Of a DNA stretch of 64,000 bases, positions 61,601-64,000 are shown in pieces. Below the pieces are notes generated by a model, which did no database searches, was not told the DNA's origin, and saw only the letters and a program-made list of their open reading frames with translations. The DNA is from Macrostomum hystrix (Eukaryota > Animalia > Platyhelminthes), in contig CATNEN010000038.1 of NCBI GenBank assembly GCA_950097015.1, positions 29,016,001-29,080,000 of the forward strand, in the 5' to 3' direction. Each line of letters opens with the position of its first letter. The stretch's first letter is position 1. Both the position numbers and the translations under genes were made by a program.

Positions 61601-62830
61601 CTACATTTTTATTACAATTTCTTCCACATGTAATTTTCCTTGTTTTTGCAATAAATACGCTCGTACTTTAAAATATATAAAACGCGCTCGCTGTACACGA
61701 AGTTCAAGAAAATTTAGTTAAATTAGAAAAAGACCAAGTGCATCGGTATGCGTTTGAAAACTGAGTATATATTGACGTCACTACGTGACATGCGTGCAAT
61801 ATTGATGTGAACAGGCGACAAAAAGTGGTGAAATCTAAACAATCGCTGCGGAATTCCATGACCATAAGATTTCAATGCCATGTTGTCTCCCATGCACCCC
61901 GTTACTTTTAATGTCATAAATCACTCCCTTTATTTCTTTGTTGCTTGGCCGACGAATCACGTGATTTGGCTGCCTGGAAATCAGGTTGAGGTCGAGCTTT
62001 TTTATCGCATGCGATCATGCGGCGCGCTTTATTAATTGACTTTGGTCTATAAAAGCAAGTGGTGCTACATCCCTCTTTGGAAACCTGACCGCGTTTCATG
62101 CCTTCTGAATGCTTCACGTGCATGGACAACTTTCGACTAGTCGTCCAAATAGTTCATGTCCTTCACCATGCACAGGGCTGTACCGGCTTTATTTCGGGCA
62201 TTCATCTTCTTCACCTTTCTGCGCGCCAGCCGTATCATCGGACCGTTCCCTTTCTGTCTCAGTCGTTCTTCTGGACCGTGTTCCTTCCGTTCCTGTATAG
62301 CTCTCTCGTCTCGTCGCTCACTGGCCCTGTGAAGACCTTCTAGCTTTGACACGTTTTGATCTCTACCTCAGTTTTTTTCCTGGATCCCTAATTATAAGAA
62401 TCCCCTTGCAAAATTCCTCTTTCTTGCTGACCGATCTCCCAGATAATGTCTGGCATAGAGTCCCTTATCTTCGGCCTTGAATCTAAAGTACATTTCTAGC
62501 TCTGTTCAGAGCACAAGCCCCGTTCTTAAGGGTCTGTCGGTAATTTGTGATGTTCTGCGCAGTTGGCTGCATTGGTGGGCAGCCCTGCATATCAGTTTCT
62601 AATTAAAAAAACCTTGGGTCTCTTGATCGTATGACTTGTGTACAGCTATTTTCTACGTTTTGGGAAGTTGTAGCTGCAACTTTTCTCTTTAGTTCAATGT
62701 TCAAGCAATATAGAAGATTTACAGCCACTTCTATACAAAAAAAGGCTGTTTTATATACAGTTCTGGTTTCTAAGAACGCTAAAGCGTAGAACTTCGTCAA
62801 AGAACATAAAAAATATGGTATCCTATAGAC

Positions 62831-63457
62831 CAGGGGTCGGCAACCTTATATACCCCGCGGGCTAAGGAAAGAATCTTAAAGACGACAGCGGGCCGCATGA
62901 AGAAAGGGGAGAGATCAGACAGGTGAGAGATGAGACAAGTGAGAGATGAGAAAGGTGAGAGATGAGACGGGGGAGATAAGACGCAAGAGAGAGATGAGAC
63001 GGGGGGGAGATAAGACGCAAGAGAGATGAGACGGGGGAGATAAGACGCAAGAGAGAGATAAGACGCATGAGACGGGGAAGATAAGACGCAAGAGAGATGA
63101 GACAGGGGGGAGACGAAAAATGGGAGAGATGAGACAGGGGAGAGATGAAAAAGGGGAGAGATGAGACAGGGGAGAGATGAGACAGGGGAGAGATAAGACA
63201 GGGGAGAGATAAGACAGGGGAGAGATAAGACAGGGGAGAGATAAGACAGGGGAGAGATAAGACAGGGGAGAGATAAGACAGGGGAGAGATAAGACAGGGG
63301 AGAAATGAGACTGGGGAGAGATAAGACAGGGGAGAGGTGAGACAGGGAGAGATGAGATAGGGTGTACTGTAGAGTAGGTGTTAGGAGGAGCTAAGGGCCA
63401 GATTTGGGAGCTTTGAGGGCCGCATCAGGCCCGCGGGCCGGAGGTTGCCGACCCCTG
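62831..63457. mobile_element. Non-autonomous hAT (Buster/Charlie-like) element with an internal purine minisatellite
   Basis: Perfect 16-bp TIRs CAGGGGTCGGCAACCT / AGGTTGCCGACCCCTG, 8-bp TSD CTATAGAC at 62823-62830 and 63458-63465, subterminal CCGCGGGCCG motifs, internal (GAGATAAGACAGGGGA)n. Confidence 0.93.
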
Positions 63458-64000
63458 CTATAGACAATAGCATGCATTATAATACTTGTATTTAAGATTC
63501 ATGCATGTATGAGATTAGCAAATATTTTTAAGCGTAAATTAATATAAAAGTTCAGAGAAAAAATAAAATTTGCACTTACTAGAGAATGCTCAAATGCTCA
63601 AAAGTGCCAGAGCAAACTGCGTACACACCGATGGAACAAACTTTTATGCCACTAAAGGTGTCTTTAAGACACTATTTGTCTTTAAAAGCAAATAGCACGC
63701 ATTCTATTCTCACCTTCGATATGCCGCCTCAAAAAACAGGCATACGATTGACGCTGATTACATAGTCAAGTCCAATTGCCTGTTTAATGACTAGCTGAAT
63801 TTATTTACTCACGTTGACAAGGTGACGGCAGCGTGTTAGGGCAAACAATTCGCCTAGGTATATCTGCGCGAAATATGTGGAAGAAACTGGAAAATTAAAG
63901 AACATAAGTCCGCATTTCTCGAAACTTTACATGCACCTTACTTTGACCAACAAAGCGTGACATGGTTAAATCGATCAAATTTCTACTACTGTGTCTATTG

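Overview
Eukaryotic (metazoan) genomic DNA with GT-AG introns and dense 16-32 bp minisatellites. Poly-Gln tracts and repeat style suggest a free-living flatworm such as Macrostomum, but that is inference. Splicing exons by hand with phases checked gave ten protein-coding genes: a SIFamide/NPFF-type neuropeptide GPCR running off the left edge; a strongly diverged CNOT9/Rcd1 paralogue; a 213-aa orphan; a 9-exon BMPER/Crossveinless-2 with the GDPH autocleavage motif replaced; a 15-exon type I membrane protein with ependymin/LolA-like and PAN/Apple domains; a FaNaC-like DEG/ENaC channel; an intronless rhodopsin-class peptide GPCR; an OATP/SLCO transporter; and two tandem TSPO genes. Repeats include about ten copies of a tRNA-derived SINE, a second SINE family, a solo LTR and a mariner derivative each nested in a SINE, hAT and Harbinger-type MITEs, two LINE fragments and about nine tandem arrays, one visibly amplified from the SINE core. 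No CRISPR, rRNA or intact tRNA gene was recognised. All family calls come from motif recognition, not database searches.
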